The notes beneath the pieces are model-generated. The model was not told the DNA's origin. It saw only the letters and a program-made list of their open reading frames with translations, and made no database searches. A stretch of DNA of 64,000 bases from Prochlorococcus sp. AG-670-M15 (GTDB lineage Bacteria > Cyanobacteriota > Cyanobacteriia > PCC-6307 > Cyanobiaceae), in contig QCSV01000002.1 in assembly GCA_003211415.1 (NCBI GenBank), forward strand, positions 6,204 through 70,203, read 5' to 3'. The position numbers and the translations under genes were made by a program. Numbering within the stretch: position 1 is the first letter of the stretch; each line of letters begins with the position of its first letter. Shown here piece by piece: positions 40,029 to 51,997 of the stretch.

Positions 40029-41416
40029 AAATGCTTTGAAGAACTAGTTTGGGTGGCATCTATAAAGTTTTTTGCGACTTCTGGAGAACTTGGTAGATGT
40101 AAGTGAATCCAACTTGCATGTAATTTTTCATCACAAAAGCCTTCATTTTTGTATTCAGTATCCCAAGATTTAATTTTCCATGGGTAAGAAAGTTTCTTCT
40201 GATGCTCAGCTTTTCCGAAATCAAGTTCAGATAAATTATTTTCAATTTCCCAATAATGAAATTCATGTCCTCTAATTAATTGATTTTGTTTAATGATCGG
40301 AGTATCTTTTAAACCCTCAATATATCTATAACCTACTGAAAGTTTACTTTTTCTTGATCCAAAAGGAAGGATGCCACTCATTTTATGATTATTGCCATTT
40401 TTGTCTTTTATAAAGTGTCCTAAAATCATCATCCCTCCGCACTCGGCATATATAAATCCATTTTTGCGAAATTTCCTTAACGAATTTAAGCTTTTTATAG
40501 AGTTACTTATATGATCAGCATATTTTTCAGGAAACCCCCCAGGAATAATTAAAGAAGAAGCCTCATTAGGTATTTCTTCATCATCATAAATACTCCATGA
40601 AATCAATGGTATGCCTATTTCACTCAGAAACTCCTTAGTTTCAGGGTATTGAAAATGAAAGATTTTATCTTCTGCAATTGCGATAGGCTTACTTTTGTCT
40701 ATTTTTAAATGTTTAAAATTGACAGAATTAAATCTTTTCTTTTGAGGAGATTTCAGAAATTTAATTAGAGAAAATACATCAAGATTTCTTTCGGCAAAAT
40801 TTGCAAAATATTCAACATCAATTTCCTTACCATTATCCAATGGGGATACCAAACCTAAATTAGCTTTATTTAAAGTTATTTTTGAATCAGATGGTAAAAA
40901 ACCAAGAATTTCGATGTCTTCATTTTTAAATACTTCTTTGATTAATTTTTTATGTCTATCTGAATTAACGTTGTTAAATATAATTCCTGCTATTGACAAC
41001 TCACTATCGAAATCTCTAAAACCTCGAAAAGTAGCCAAAAGAGAAGCTACTTGACCTCTAGCATTAACAATAAAAATTACTGGAGCATTCAGAAGTTTAG
41101 AGATATTAGCTGTGCTGGAAGTGGTTGTTGACCCTAGTCCATCAAATAGACCCATTGCTCCCTCAATTAATGAAAATTGATATTTCAAAGAATGTTTAAA
41201 AAAACTTTCTTGAACCCATTCCTCACCACTTAAAAAAATATCTAAATTCCTACAAATAGGTTGGCCAATTGAACTAAGTTGTTGTTGATCGAGATAATCT
41301 GGGCCAACTTTGAAAGTTTGTATCTTTATACCTTTTGAGAACGCCCAACAAGATATCAAAAGAGATAATGTAGTTTTCCCACTATCAGTTGAAGGAGAAG
41401 ATATTACACAAGGCAT
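40025..41416 (-). CDS. cobB: Cobyrinate a,c-diamide synthase
   Basis: SGKTT, KVGPDYLD, EGAMGLFDG, AECGG and GHEFHY. Confidence 0.93.
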   Translation of the reverse strand: MPCVISSPSTDSGKTTLSLLISCWAFSKGIKIQTFKVGPDYLDQQQLSSIGQPICRNLDIFLSGEEWVQESFFKHSLKYQFSLIEGAMGLFDGLGSTTTSSTANISKLLNAPVIFIVNARGQVASLLATFRGFRDFDSELSIAGIIFNNVNSDRHKKLIKEVFKNEDIEILGFLPSDSKITLNKANLGLVSPLDNGKEIDVEYFANFAERNLDVFSLIKFLKSPQKKRFNSVNFKHLKIDKSKPIAIAEDKIFHFQYPETKEFLSEIGIPLISWSIYDDEEIPNEASSLIIPGGFPEKYADHISNSIKSLNSLRKFRKNGFIYAECGGMMILGHFIKDKNGNNHKMSGILPFGSRKSKLSVGYRYIEGLKDTPIIKQNQLIRGHEFHYWEIENNLSELDFGKAEHQKKLSYPWKIKSWDTEYKNEGFCDEKLHASWIHLHLPSSPEVAKNFIDATQTSSSKHF

Positions 41417-41419
41417 CTA

Positions 41420-42721
41420 TTAGTTATTCAAACCATTAAATATTTGAAGAGCTATTTTAATAGAATTTTCAAAAAGAGGACTGGTATTACCTCTACTACT
41501 TCCCAATAATTTACTAACATCGTACTCTGATGTAGAAAAAGAATTTGGAACAACTTGTTCTATTAATTCCATATTAGCCATTCCTCCTGCCTCAAGTCTC
41601 ATACATTCCACTGATTCACAGCCAAGTATTACACAAGTGTTATTTTTTTGAACCTCACTAATTTTTGAAATCAGCCTCAATCCAATAACTTGTCCTAAAT
41701 GAATACTTGGATTTCCCAAAGATAAGGGATTAATTGATGTAGAAATTATTTCGCCATTAATTCTTTCAAACTCTATTTTTGTTGATTCTGTATCCCTTTC
41801 AACTCTTAGAAAAGACCAACCAAGTTTATCGCAAATCCATGAAATCAAAAACAAAGCTTGAATCATATGATCTCCGGCGATATCAATGTCAATATCAGTA
41901 ATATGATCTAAAATTGGTCTCCTCGAAGGCGGATCAAAAATCATTGCCAATGATTCCCTCCAATTTTTCAATCTAACCCAATTCAAATCATTAATAGCTT
42001 TATTTGAATTATTTAATTGATCTAAAACTTTTAAACATCTTTGAGGCGATCCAAGAGCAGTATCAATTATTAACCTTTGACCATAATCAGTGAAATATGC
42101 GAAGATTTCAGGCGACTCATCTAAGCTTCCATTCCACCACAACCACGAAGGTAATTCATCAATAGATAATTCATCAATTATTTTTAATCCTTTATTAGAT
42201 ATTGAGGCCGAGCCACCCCTAATAACAACTAAATCCCCACAAATAGGTTGCATAGCTGGGGTATCACTTAATGGACAGTAAGCGGATACAAAAGTTTTGA
42301 TATCTGAATTTTTATTTAATGTTGGCGCTAGAGTTATTAATCTTCTTGGATTCAATGTACTTATCGTTGATTCAAAAAATTGTCCTCTAAAATCTTCAAA
42401 GTCTTTATTAGATAAATTTTCCTTCAACAAATTCAGTAATTCTTTACTACTGAGTGAAGTTGTAATAGGAAGTCCTTGATCTAATATAAATTTTTTAGCA
42501 ACTTCAATTATCTCTGGACTTAAATTTCCAGTAATTGGTCCATTTACTAATCCTTTATGAACTAAACATTGTTCTAGCCAAGCAGGCTGCCAGACCATTA
42601 ATGTGAAAGTATTAGCTCCACTATTATCTTTATCTTCTGAAATCCATAATTTATTAAGGTAATTAGAAATTTCCTGATAAGGCAGCTCTAAAGGGGTTTG
42701 TAGTGTAAGTTGAGGTTTCAT
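41420..42721 (-). CDS. opcA: G6PDH assembly protein OpcA
   Basis: SAYCP, LWW, DLNWVRL; directly downstream of zwf. Confidence 0.92.
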   Translation of the reverse strand: MKPQLTLQTPLELPYQEISNYLNKLWISEDKDNSGANTFTLMVWQPAWLEQCLVHKGLVNGPITGNLSPEIIEVAKKFILDQGLPITTSLSSKELLNLLKENLSNKDFEDFRGQFFESTISTLNPRRLITLAPTLNKNSDIKTFVSAYCPLSDTPAMQPICGDLVVIRGGSASISNKGLKIIDELSIDELPSWLWWNGSLDESPEIFAYFTDYGQRLIIDTALGSPQRCLKVLDQLNNSNKAINDLNWVRLKNWRESLAMIFDPPSRRPILDHITDIDIDIAGDHMIQALFLISWICDKLGWSFLRVERDTESTKIEFERINGEIISTSINPLSLGNPSIHLGQVIGLRLISKISEVQKNNTCVILGCESVECMRLEAGGMANMELIEQVVPNSFSTSEYDVSKLLGSSRGNTSPLFENSIKIALQIFNGLNN

Positions 42722-42723
42722 TT

Positions 42724-44247
42724 TTAGGGTCTACGCCAGAAAATATTATCTTTTGAAATTAATTGATCTGACTCAGGTGGTCCCCATGTCATAGATTCAT
42801 AATTATAAATAGGTAATTTCCAAGGAGAATTATCCATCAATTCTATTAATGGAGTATAAAGTTTCCAAGCTGCCTCTACCTCATCACTTCGAGTAAATAA
42901 TGTTGGGTCAGAAAGCATTGCATCAGCTAATAATCTTACATAGCCTTCATCAGAGGGTTCTCCAAATGATTCATCATAAGAAAATTCCATCTCAACAGGT
43001 CTTGATTTCATTCCAGAACCAGGAGATTTTACCTCAAATTTGAAAGTAGCACCTTCATTTGGCTGAATTCTAAGGACAAGTTGATTTGGGGCAGGATTTA
43101 TTATTGTTGATTCAAATAAATGAACAGGAACGTCTTTAAAAGTCAAGACTATTTCTCCAAGTCTTTTAGGTAGTCTTTTACCTGTTCTCAAATAAAAAGG
43201 AACCCCTTGCCAACGCCAATTATCCACGAAAACTTTTGTAGCAATATAAGTTTCTGTTGTGCTGTTACTATTAACACCATCTTCCTGCCTATATCCTTTG
43301 AGTCGATTTGAAATATTCCCTCCCTCTCCATATTGACCTCTTATGCAACAATTCCACGGTTCATTTTCGTCAGCAAGTTTAGAAGCTTGAAGAACCTTAG
43401 CTTTTTCATTTCTTATTGCTTCTGGTTCAAATTTTCCAGGAGGTTCCATTGCAGTAACTGCAAGCATTTGAGTCATATGATTTTGAAGCATATCCCGTAA
43501 AGCACCAGAGCTTTCGTAATAACCTGCTCTATCTTCAACACCAACTGTTTCAGATGAAGTAATTTGAACACTTGATATATAATTCCTATTCCAGATTGGT
43601 TCAAAAATAGTGTTAGCAAACCTCAAAACAAGAATATTCTGAACTGTCTCTTTACCTAAATAATGATCAATCCTATAAATTTGACTTTCTTCAGCACAAC
43701 TTTGAACGATCTTATTCAATTTTTTTGCACTTGAATAATCTCTTCCAAAAGGTTTTTCAATTACTAAACGACTTTTCTTAGGGTTATCTAAAAGGCCAGC
43801 CCCTTTAAGAGCTTTACATCCACTTGCATAAAAATTCGGAGATACTGATAAATAAAATGTTCTATTCCCATGAGTAGCTTGTGTTTTATCAATTTCATTT
43901 AATCTTCTTGAAAGCCTAACGACATGATCACTTTGTTGTAGGTCAACTGGTTCATAGAAAAGATAATTAGAAAATTGTTCCCACTCCCTTTCTTTCCCAG
44001 ATATTTGATTTGATAACTTTACTTTCATCTTTTCTCTAAACTCATTATCAGTCCAAGGTCTTCTCGCACAACCAACTATTCCAAATTCACTAGGGATTCT
44101 TCTTTGCAAATAGAGTTCGAATAAGGCTGGTATTAATTTTCTATGAGTAAGGTCTCCACTAGCGCCAAAAATTACTAAGCTTTGGGGAGATATGACTCTT
44201 TCCTGCCGTAAACCTAATCTTAGAGGATTACTTAAAGTTGAAGGCAT
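42724..44247 (-). CDS. zwf: Glucose-6-phosphate 1-dehydrogenase
   Basis: GASGDL, EKPFG and RIDHYLGKE. Confidence 0.98.
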   Translation of the reverse strand: MPSTLSNPLRLGLRQERVISPQSLVIFGASGDLTHRKLIPALFELYLQRRIPSEFGIVGCARRPWTDNEFREKMKVKLSNQISGKEREWEQFSNYLFYEPVDLQQSDHVVRLSRRLNEIDKTQATHGNRTFYLSVSPNFYASGCKALKGAGLLDNPKKSRLVIEKPFGRDYSSAKKLNKIVQSCAEESQIYRIDHYLGKETVQNILVLRFANTIFEPIWNRNYISSVQITSSETVGVEDRAGYYESSGALRDMLQNHMTQMLAVTAMEPPGKFEPEAIRNEKAKVLQASKLADENEPWNCCIRGQYGEGGNISNRLKGYRQEDGVNSNSTTETYIATKVFVDNWRWQGVPFYLRTGKRLPKRLGEIVLTFKDVPVHLFESTIINPAPNQLVLRIQPNEGATFKFEVKSPGSGMKSRPVEMEFSYDESFGEPSDEGYVRLLADAMLSDPTLFTRSDEVEAAWKLYTPLIELMDNSPWKLPIYNYESMTWGPPESDQLISKDNIFWRRP

Positions 44248-44357
44248 ATTTTTAGTATTCTTTATTTAAAATCCTCTTTTTTTTAAATATTAGCTACAAA
44301 TTGTGTCTAAACCAAAAAGTATTTAGTATGTGAAACTTAAATCTAAATGTCAAAGGT

Positions 44358-45488
<1,131 letters not shown>

Positions 45489-45666
45489 TTAGATTTCTTT
45501 TATAAAAGATTATCAATTTGTAGTTTAATTTGTAGTGATTTTACAAAAATGGTTACGTTTTGAGATCGGGATAAATAAAAGAAATTATTTTAATTTTTCA
45601 GTATTTGTTGTTTTTATCAGTATAGTTACACAGAAATAATTTTTTATCTAATTAAAAAATTCATTT

Positions 45667-46209
45667 ATGAATAATCCTCAAGAATCAGAAGATCATTCTA
45701 AGAACAATGATTACAGGACAATTGAGCAGACGATGGAGAAGTTTTCCGGTGGGACAAGACGACTGGCAGCTCAACTTACAACTTCTGCAAGTTTTGATTC
45801 TTTGTGGAGTGTTTTAACAGATTATGATCGACTAAATCTCTACATACCAAATCTTTTATCGAGCAAAAAAATATTTCAGAAGGGAAATAATGTCCACCTT
45901 AAACAAGTTGGGGCTCAGGATTTCCTTGGCATGAAGTTTTCAGCTGAAGTAACTATAGATTTATTTGAAGATAAGGAGCTTGGCCTCTTAAAATTTAATT
46001 TAATAAAAGGAGATTTCAGAAAGTTTGAGGGTAGTTGGAAAATTCAAAATATTAAAAATACTTCAACAAACTCATTAATTTATGATCTTACTGTTCAAGG
46101 TTGTCAGTGGATGCCAATAGGGATGATAGAGAAAAGACTGAAAAAGGATCTTTCAGAAAATTTAATTGCCGTAGATAGGCAAGCAAAATCATCAAAAAGA
46201 TCGTTATAA
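45667..46209 (+). CDS. SRPBCC (polyketide cyclase/dehydrase-like) protein
   Basis: WSVLTDY...IPNL and GDFRKFEGSW. Confidence 0.85.
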   Translation: MNNPQESEDHSKNNDYRTIEQTMEKFSGGTRRLAAQLTTSASFDSLWSVLTDYDRLNLYIPNLLSSKKIFQKGNNVHLKQVGAQDFLGMKFSAEVTIDLFEDKELGLLKFNLIKGDFRKFEGSWKIQNIKNTSTNSLIYDLTVQGCQWMPIGMIEKRLKKDLSENLIAVDRQAKSSKRSL

Positions 46210-46220
46210 ATTTAAATTAA

Positions 46221-46293
46221 TAGCCCCAAGGGGATTCGAACCCCTGTCGCCTCCGTGAAAGGGAGGTGTCCTAGGCCTCTAGACGATGGGGCC
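46221..46293 (-). tRNA. trnE: tRNA-Glu (UUC)
   Basis: GGCCCCATCGTCTAGAGGCCTAGGACACCTCCCTTTCACGGAGGCGACAGGGGTTCGAATCCCCTTGGGGCTA folds as a cloverleaf; anticodon TTC; CCA not encoded. Confidence 0.97.
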
Positions 46294-46334
46294 AGGAAAT
46301 TAGCATGACAGCTTATTAAAAACTAAGAGTAAGG

Positions 46335-47453
46335 CTAGCCTTTCGTCAAGTATTGTTGCTCTTTGTTTTGTCCTTGCCACACAGGAACTGTGAAATGAAA
46401 GCAGGAACCTTCCCCTACTTCAGATACGACCCATATTCTTCCTCCATGGACTTGTACTATTCTCCTACATACTGATAACCCTATACCAAATCCTGAAGTT
46501 CCTTCAGAAGTCTGTGGAAGTCTAACCCTATCTAGAAAAATTCTTTTTTGTTCGCTCGAAGGAATACCTGCACCTTTGTCACAAATTGTTATTTCTACCC
46601 ATTGATTTGTCTTATGAATCATAGTGATTTTTATAGATCCAGAATCTTTAGAAAATTTAATAGCATTTTCAATTAAATTTAAAAATACTTGCCTCATTCT
46701 TCTTTGATCTGCAAATACACTTGGCAGATCAGATGGAATATCAGTATCAATTTCAATATTCCTTAATCTCCACAATTTTTCTAATTCGAGTATTACTTCA
46801 GCACTAATATTACCTAAATCAATTTTCTGAGGATTAAATAATGCTTCCCATTTAGTTGTTCCAACCTCTAAAAGATCCTGAGATAAAAGTTCAATCTCTT
46901 CAAGACGTCTTTTAATAACCTCCTGCAATTTTGAAATATCTATTTGTCCGAGTTTTTGACTTTGAACAGCCAAAGTAGCAGCAGTTAAAGGTGTTCTTAA
47001 TTCATGCGCGACCATTCTTAATAATCTTTCCTGAGATTCTATTCTTTTTGTTAATGTCTCATTTTCTTGTCTTAAAACAAGAAGTTCGTCTTCCAATAGA
47101 AATTCTTTTTGAGTTCTTATTGAATCAATTTTAGATGGCTGCAAATTAATCCCAAGATTTTTTGTTAAGCCTTCCTGTGACCACCTTGGCAACCATTTTT
47201 GCAACTGAGAGAAAATATTACTTCCAGCAAATATTTGCTTTGGAGCTGGGGAAACCTTTATAAGAGCAGGAATAGCGACTAATCTATGCAATTCAAGTAA
47301 TTCTGGTTGCTCTGTGGGTTCTGAGATCTGAAGAGATGTCTCAAATTCACAATTATCTGATTCTAAATAAGCTATTAATGACTTAATATCATTACTAGAA
47401 AGTTGATCTCTAGCTGCCACAAGTATTAATTTTAGCTCTTTTTTATCATTCAA
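46335..47453 (-). CDS. sasA: Circadian output histidine kinase SasA
   Basis: KaiB-like N-terminus ([21 protein letters not shown]); [16 protein letters not shown] and G.GIGL. Confidence 0.92.
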   Translation of the reverse strand: MNDKKELKLILVAARDQLSSNDIKSLIAYLESDNCEFETSLQISEPTEQPELLELHRLVAIPALIKVSPAPKQIFAGSNIFSQLQKWLPRWSQEGLTKNLGINLQPSKIDSIRTQKEFLLEDELLVLRQENETLTKRIESQERLLRMVAHELRTPLTAATLAVQSQKLGQIDISKLQEVIKRRLEEIELLSQDLLEVGTTKWEALFNPQKIDLGNISAEVILELEKLWRLRNIEIDTDIPSDLPSVFADQRRMRQVFLNLIENAIKFSKDSGSIKITMIHKTNQWVEITICDKGAGIPSSEQKRIFLDRVRLPQTSEGTSGFGIGLSVCRRIVQVHGGRIWVVSEVGEGSCFHFTVPVWQGQNKEQQYLTKG

Positions 47454-47559
47454 ATGAATTCCTCTGAAGTGTTGAAAAGCTGTTAATCCTTATAAACACC
47501 TTAAGATATTTTTTTTTATTTTACAGATAGGCTATTAAATAAATAGGACTTTTTTATAA

Positions 47560-48099
47560 ATGGTTGCTATTAATCCAAAGAAAAATTTACATTTTGGTGA
47601 AAACCCTCCTGAAATCAACTTAAATAGTAATTTAAAAAGGTGGTTTTCCAGGAATATTGGATTATGGAAATCTAATAGAACGTATTTTCTCGATGAAGCA
47701 CAAAAAACTTATAACTTAAGTATGAATGTAAATATTCAAGCTCTCGAGAGTAAGTCAGAATGGGAGTCGCATTATAAATTTACTTGGTATCCAGAAAAAA
47801 AATATAATTTCTTTGACGAAAATCCCCAGTATAAAGAACGAGGAGAAATGCATGCATTTTTAAAAGGCCATCAACTTAAGAGGGAAAAATTTTATTTAAG
47901 TAATGATGAAGGCATTTCAAATATTAAACAAGTCGACGAACACGAAATGATTTTTGAATCTTCTTACAAAGATTGGTATATTATTGAACATACAAGACTT
48001 GTAGATTCTGATAATTATAGATTTAGGGTTATATATTCATGGAACAAAGATATGCTTAAAATAGTAGAGAATCATCACGAAATTAAAATTATTAAATAA
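47560..48099 (+). CDS. Hypothetical protein, possibly CpcS/CpeS-like beta-barrel
   Basis: WFSRNIGLWKSNRTY N-terminus resembles the S-type lyase G.W.S.R pattern. Confidence 0.6.
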   Translation: MVAINPKKNLHFGENPPEINLNSNLKRWFSRNIGLWKSNRTYFLDEAQKTYNLSMNVNIQALESKSEWESHYKFTWYPEKKYNFFDENPQYKERGEMHAFLKGHQLKREKFYLSNDEGISNIKQVDEHEMIFESSYKDWYIIEHTRLVDSDNYRFRVIYSWNKDMLKIVENHHEIKIIK

Positions 48100-48171
48100 A
48101 TTCCGTGGGCAGTTTAGTTTAAAAAATAAAAAATGTTATCTTTAATAATATGAATTAAAAATAAATCAAAT

Positions 48172-48606
48172 ATGAGTTTAAAAATATCTAAAATTTTTGC
48201 TATTCCTCTAATTTTTTCATCTTTTTTATTTGATACAAATAATGAATTTAATAAAGTAAATGCAAATGTTAAAAATTCGCCTGCCAATAAAAATGATTTA
48301 GATTTATATCATGGGATGGGGGTTTCATTTCTATGTAATGCGACAAGAAAAGGATTTGATCTGGATTTCCCAAAAACATTAAACGTTGCCTCAGCAACAT
48401 TCGCATCAGTAGTATCACAAAAACATGGAGGAAAAATAATAGAGAAAAAGAAAGAACAAACAGTTGATATGAAACAATTACAATTTATTGCATCTCTGCA
48501 ATTAGTTGAATCAGCTCTTCAAGTATGTCCAGATAATGTTCCTGAAAAGATAGAAGAACAATTTAAGATTGAAACTGAGAGACTAAAGAAATTACAAGGT
48601 TTGTAA
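48172..48606 (+). CDS. Exported hypothetical protein
   Basis: Signal-like N-terminus; two Cys. Confidence 0.65.
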   Translation: MSLKISKIFAIPLIFSSFLFDTNNEFNKVNANVKNSPANKNDLDLYHGMGVSFLCNATRKGFDLDFPKTLNVASATFASVVSQKHGGKIIEKKKEQTVDMKQLQFIASLQLVESALQVCPDNVPEKIEEQFKIETERLKKLQGL

Positions 48607-48618
48607 AAAATAATTTTT

Positions 48619-49614
48619 TTATCTAAACATAGAACTAACAGAACTTTCTTCGTGGATTCTCCAGATAGCTTCCCCCAGCATATTTGCGACGGAAAGAACT
48701 TTTAACTGTGGAAAATTATCTTTATGTATAACTGGTATGCTGTTTGTCACAATAACTTGTTCGAAAAGATTCTTAGAACTTAATCTTTCATAAGAAGGAG
48801 GAGAAAATACAGCATGTGAGGCACATGCAAATATTCTATTAGCTCCTTCTTTTTTTAATAAATTTGCTCCAGAACAAATTGTACCTCCCGTGTCTATCAT
48901 GTCGTCTATAAGAATAGCCGTTTTACCTTTGACTTCACCGATAACTGTTAGACTTTCAGCGATATTATGAGCAGCTCTCCTTTTATCAATGATCGCCAAC
49001 GGGGCATCCTTCATTAATTTCGCGAACGCTCTTGCTCTTGCCACACCGCCTACATCAGGAGAGACTACAACTATTTCTTCTAAATTTAGAGATTCTAGAT
49101 AATCAATTAATACAGGTGAACCGTAAATATGATCACATGGTATATCGAAGTAGCCTTGAATTTGAGCTGAGTGTAAGTCCATCGCTAAAACCCTATCAAC
49201 TCCTGATTTCTCTAGTAAATTGGCAGTTAATTTTGCAGTAATAGACTCTCTTCCTGAGGTTTTCCTATCTGCCCTTGCATATCCAAAATAGGGAATTACA
49301 GCCGTTATTTGTCTTGCAGAAGCTCTCTTGCAAGCGTCAACCATGATCATGAGCTCCATTAAACTATCGTTTACAGGAGCGCATGTAGGTTGTATAAGAA
49401 ATACATCACAACCTCTAATAGATTGCTGAATCTGAACATAAAGTTCTCCATCTGCAAACCTTTTTGATATTAAAGGTACATTTTCAATCCCTAAGTATGA
49501 TGCAATTTCTTCAGCTAACTTTGGGTTTGTTGTCCCACTTACTAACCTTAATCTACTATTAGTGAGATTAAAGTTCGATTCTTTACTCTGCATTGCCGTG
49601 ATAAAACTTGTCAC
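48619..49614 (-). CDS. prs: Ribose-phosphate pyrophosphokinase
   Basis: FADGE, PYFGYARADR and DDMIDTGGT. Confidence 0.97.
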   Translation of the reverse strand: MTSFITAMQSKESNFNLTNSRLRLVSGTTNPKLAEEIASYLGIENVPLISKRFADGELYVQIQQSIRGCDVFLIQPTCAPVNDSLMELMIMVDACKRASARQITAVIPYFGYARADRKTSGRESITAKLTANLLEKSGVDRVLAMDLHSAQIQGYFDIPCDHIYGSPVLIDYLESLNLEEIVVVSPDVGGVARARAFAKLMKDAPLAIIDKRRAAHNIAESLTVIGEVKGKTAILIDDMIDTGGTICSGANLLKKEGANRIFACASHAVFSPPSYERLSSKNLFEQVIVTNSIPVIHKDNFPQLKVLSVANMLGEAIWRIHEESSVSSMFR

Positions 49615-49860
49615 GAAATTTGCACCATAAAACTATATTATCATCGTAGTCGTTTATGTGAATTTCGCAAAAGATAATGACTAGATATTTTCAAAAGTCA
49701 CCTCAATTATGCAAAAAATTGTTGATTAAAAATTCGAATTTTTATTTACCCAGACTTAAAAATCATAAATGATATTTGTCAATTAAAAAAAATTTGTATA
49801 AGGTTGAATTTAGAGAATTAAAAAAACGTTAAGTTTATAGAATCAAAATATATTGAAAAC

Positions 49861-51381
49861 ATGCCTATAGAGTCAATTATTGCAAGAAAATCATTAGGCG
49901 TACTTATGCATCCAACATGTATTCCGGGAGGAAGAGTATGTGGAACTTTTGGGAGAGGAGCTAAAGAGTGGATAAAAAAACTTCATAAGCATGGAATTGA
50001 ATACTGGCAATTTTTACCTCTTACACCTACTGACGCTACAGGTTCGCCATATAGTTCCCCATCTAGTTTTGCACTAAACCCATGGTTTTTGGACATAGAT
50101 GATTTAATCGAAAAAGGTTTTATCTACATCTCAGATAAAGAAAATCTAGGTCCAACAAATCAGAATAAAGATCATTTTGATTTTGGTATTGCGGATGACC
50201 TAACAAAAAAATTAGGTCTCCTCCTTTTGCAAGGTTGGAGTTCACAATCTGAAGAAAGAAAAATTAATTTTAACAAATGGGTCAGTAGGCATTCTTGGGT
50301 TGAAGATTATGCAACATTTGTTGTTATCAGAGAGGAATTTAATATGTTGCCTTGGTGGGAATGGCCTCAAAAATTTAAAATAAAAAATAACAAGTTCTTA
50401 AAATCGTGGATTAAGAAAAAAAGTGAAGAGATACTTATTAAAAAATTAATACAGTGGCATCTTGATGAGCAATGGAGCGTCATTAAAAACTTTGCAAAAT
50501 CGAGAAATATTAAACTGATAGGAGATTTGCCTTTTTATGTCTCTAGAGACAGCGCCGACGTATGGAGTAATAAATCATTATTTTCAATTTTTAAAAATGG
50601 AGATTTAATCTTTCAAAGTGGTGTTCCGCCTGATTACTTTTCATCAACAGGACAATTATGGGGCACCCCAACTTACTTTTGGACAAAGCATAAAAGGACT
50701 AATTTCAATTGGTGGAGAAAAAGATTTCAAAGACAATTTGAACTTGTGGACATATTAAGATTTGATCATTTCAGGGGTTTAGCAGGTTACTGGAGAGTTA
50801 ATGGCAGTTCTAAAACGGCAATTATTGGAAAATGGATAAATTCTCCAGGTAAATCACTATTAAATAAAGTAAAAAAGGATCTAGGTTGTAACTATCTACC
50901 TATTATTGCTGAGGATCTGGGAGTAATAACTCCAGATGTAGAGAAATTAAGGAAAAACTTCGAACTGCCTGGCATGAAAATATTACAATTTGCTTTTGAT
51001 GGCAATGAAGATAATCCTTATTTACCAAAGAATATTGAAGGAGAAAATTGGGTTGTGTATACAGGTACTCACGACAACTCTACGTCTGTTTCATGGTGGA
51101 AAAATTTAGATTATGAATCCCAAAAAAGAATAAAAGATGAGTATAAATTTTCAGAAAGTCCTTCTTGGGATTTAATAGAAATTGGAATGGAGACAAATGC
51201 TAATCTATTTATCGCTCCATTACAAGATCTATTATCTCTAGACGATTCAAGTAGATTAAACAAACCTGGGACCACAAAAAATAACTGGAAATGGAAGTTA
51301 AATTGTACTTTAGAAGAAATAGAAAATAATATAAAAATGTTTAGTGAGCTAGGAAATAATTTTGGGAGAACTCTAAAATAG
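49861..51381 (+). CDS. malQ: 4-alpha-glucanotransferase
   Basis: GVPPDYFS.TGQLWG, RFDHFRG, AEDLG and YTGTHDN. Confidence 0.96.
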   Translation: MPIESIIARKSLGVLMHPTCIPGGRVCGTFGRGAKEWIKKLHKHGIEYWQFLPLTPTDATGSPYSSPSSFALNPWFLDIDDLIEKGFIYISDKENLGPTNQNKDHFDFGIADDLTKKLGLLLLQGWSSQSEERKINFNKWVSRHSWVEDYATFVVIREEFNMLPWWEWPQKFKIKNNKFLKSWIKKKSEEILIKKLIQWHLDEQWSVIKNFAKSRNIKLIGDLPFYVSRDSADVWSNKSLFSIFKNGDLIFQSGVPPDYFSSTGQLWGTPTYFWTKHKRTNFNWWRKRFQRQFELVDILRFDHFRGLAGYWRVNGSSKTAIIGKWINSPGKSLLNKVKKDLGCNYLPIIAEDLGVITPDVEKLRKNFELPGMKILQFAFDGNEDNPYLPKNIEGENWVVYTGTHDNSTSVSWWKNLDYESQKRIKDEYKFSESPSWDLIEIGMETNANLFIAPLQDLLSLDDSSRLNKPGTTKNNWKWKLNCTLEEIENNIKMFSELGNNFGRTLK

Positions 51382-51394
51382 ATATTGTTAAAAA

Positions 51395-51889
51395 TTATTT
51401 ATCAATAATTTTATTTTCAATATTTTGAATCTCTATAACATTTACATTTAAAATAAAGTATCTCTTTAATATAAAAATAGTTAAAACTAATATAAAAAAA
51501 TACAAAAGACTTCCTTGCCAAGTATTGATAAGATCGAATTTCCTAAACATAAAATCCTTTCCCTTTTTCTTCAAAATTTTTCTTTCTTTAACTGCTAAAT
51601 TTAATAAAGTATTTTTTTTTAATACTAAGCATTCCTCTAATTTAATTAATATAGATCTTATAAAAGGATAATCTGGCCTAATACTTTTATTATTATTTTC
51701 AATAGAGTTTATTATTCGTTCAGGGATTTTTGAAATGTATGACAATTCTTTAATTGTAAGGTTTTGTTGAATTCTTGCTTCTTTTACTAACTTTGCAATT
51801 TCTAAAGATTGGTCAACCAATCCAGGACTAAGTTCTTTATTTTGTTCAGATTTTTTATTAAATAAAAAGAGATTTTTAAAAATATTCAT
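51395..51889 (-). CDS. HTH protein with C-terminal TM (short RodZ-like)
   Basis: KEARIQQNLTIKELS...IINSIEN HTH followed by a TM helix. Confidence 0.7.
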   Translation of the reverse strand: MNIFKNLFLFNKKSEQNKELSPGLVDQSLEIAKLVKEARIQQNLTIKELSYISKIPERIINSIENNNKSIRPDYPFIRSILIKLEECLVLKKNTLLNLAVKERKILKKKGKDFMFRKFDLINTWQGSLLYFFILVLTIFILKRYFILNVNVIEIQNIENKIIDK

Positions 51890-51997
51890 TTAATCTACCA
51901 AAGCTAAATAATCCTTTTACTTCTCATTTTTAAAATATTACATCCAATTCTAATAGAATTAAAATCATAGGTAGTTAATGAACTATAAATATAAAAA

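Noticed and set aside
46221-46293. tRNA-Glu as an integration site, and its G1-U72 wobble pair
   Set aside because: No integrase or duplicated tRNA 3' end seen; G1-U72 is, as I recall, usual in cyanobacterial tRNA-Glu
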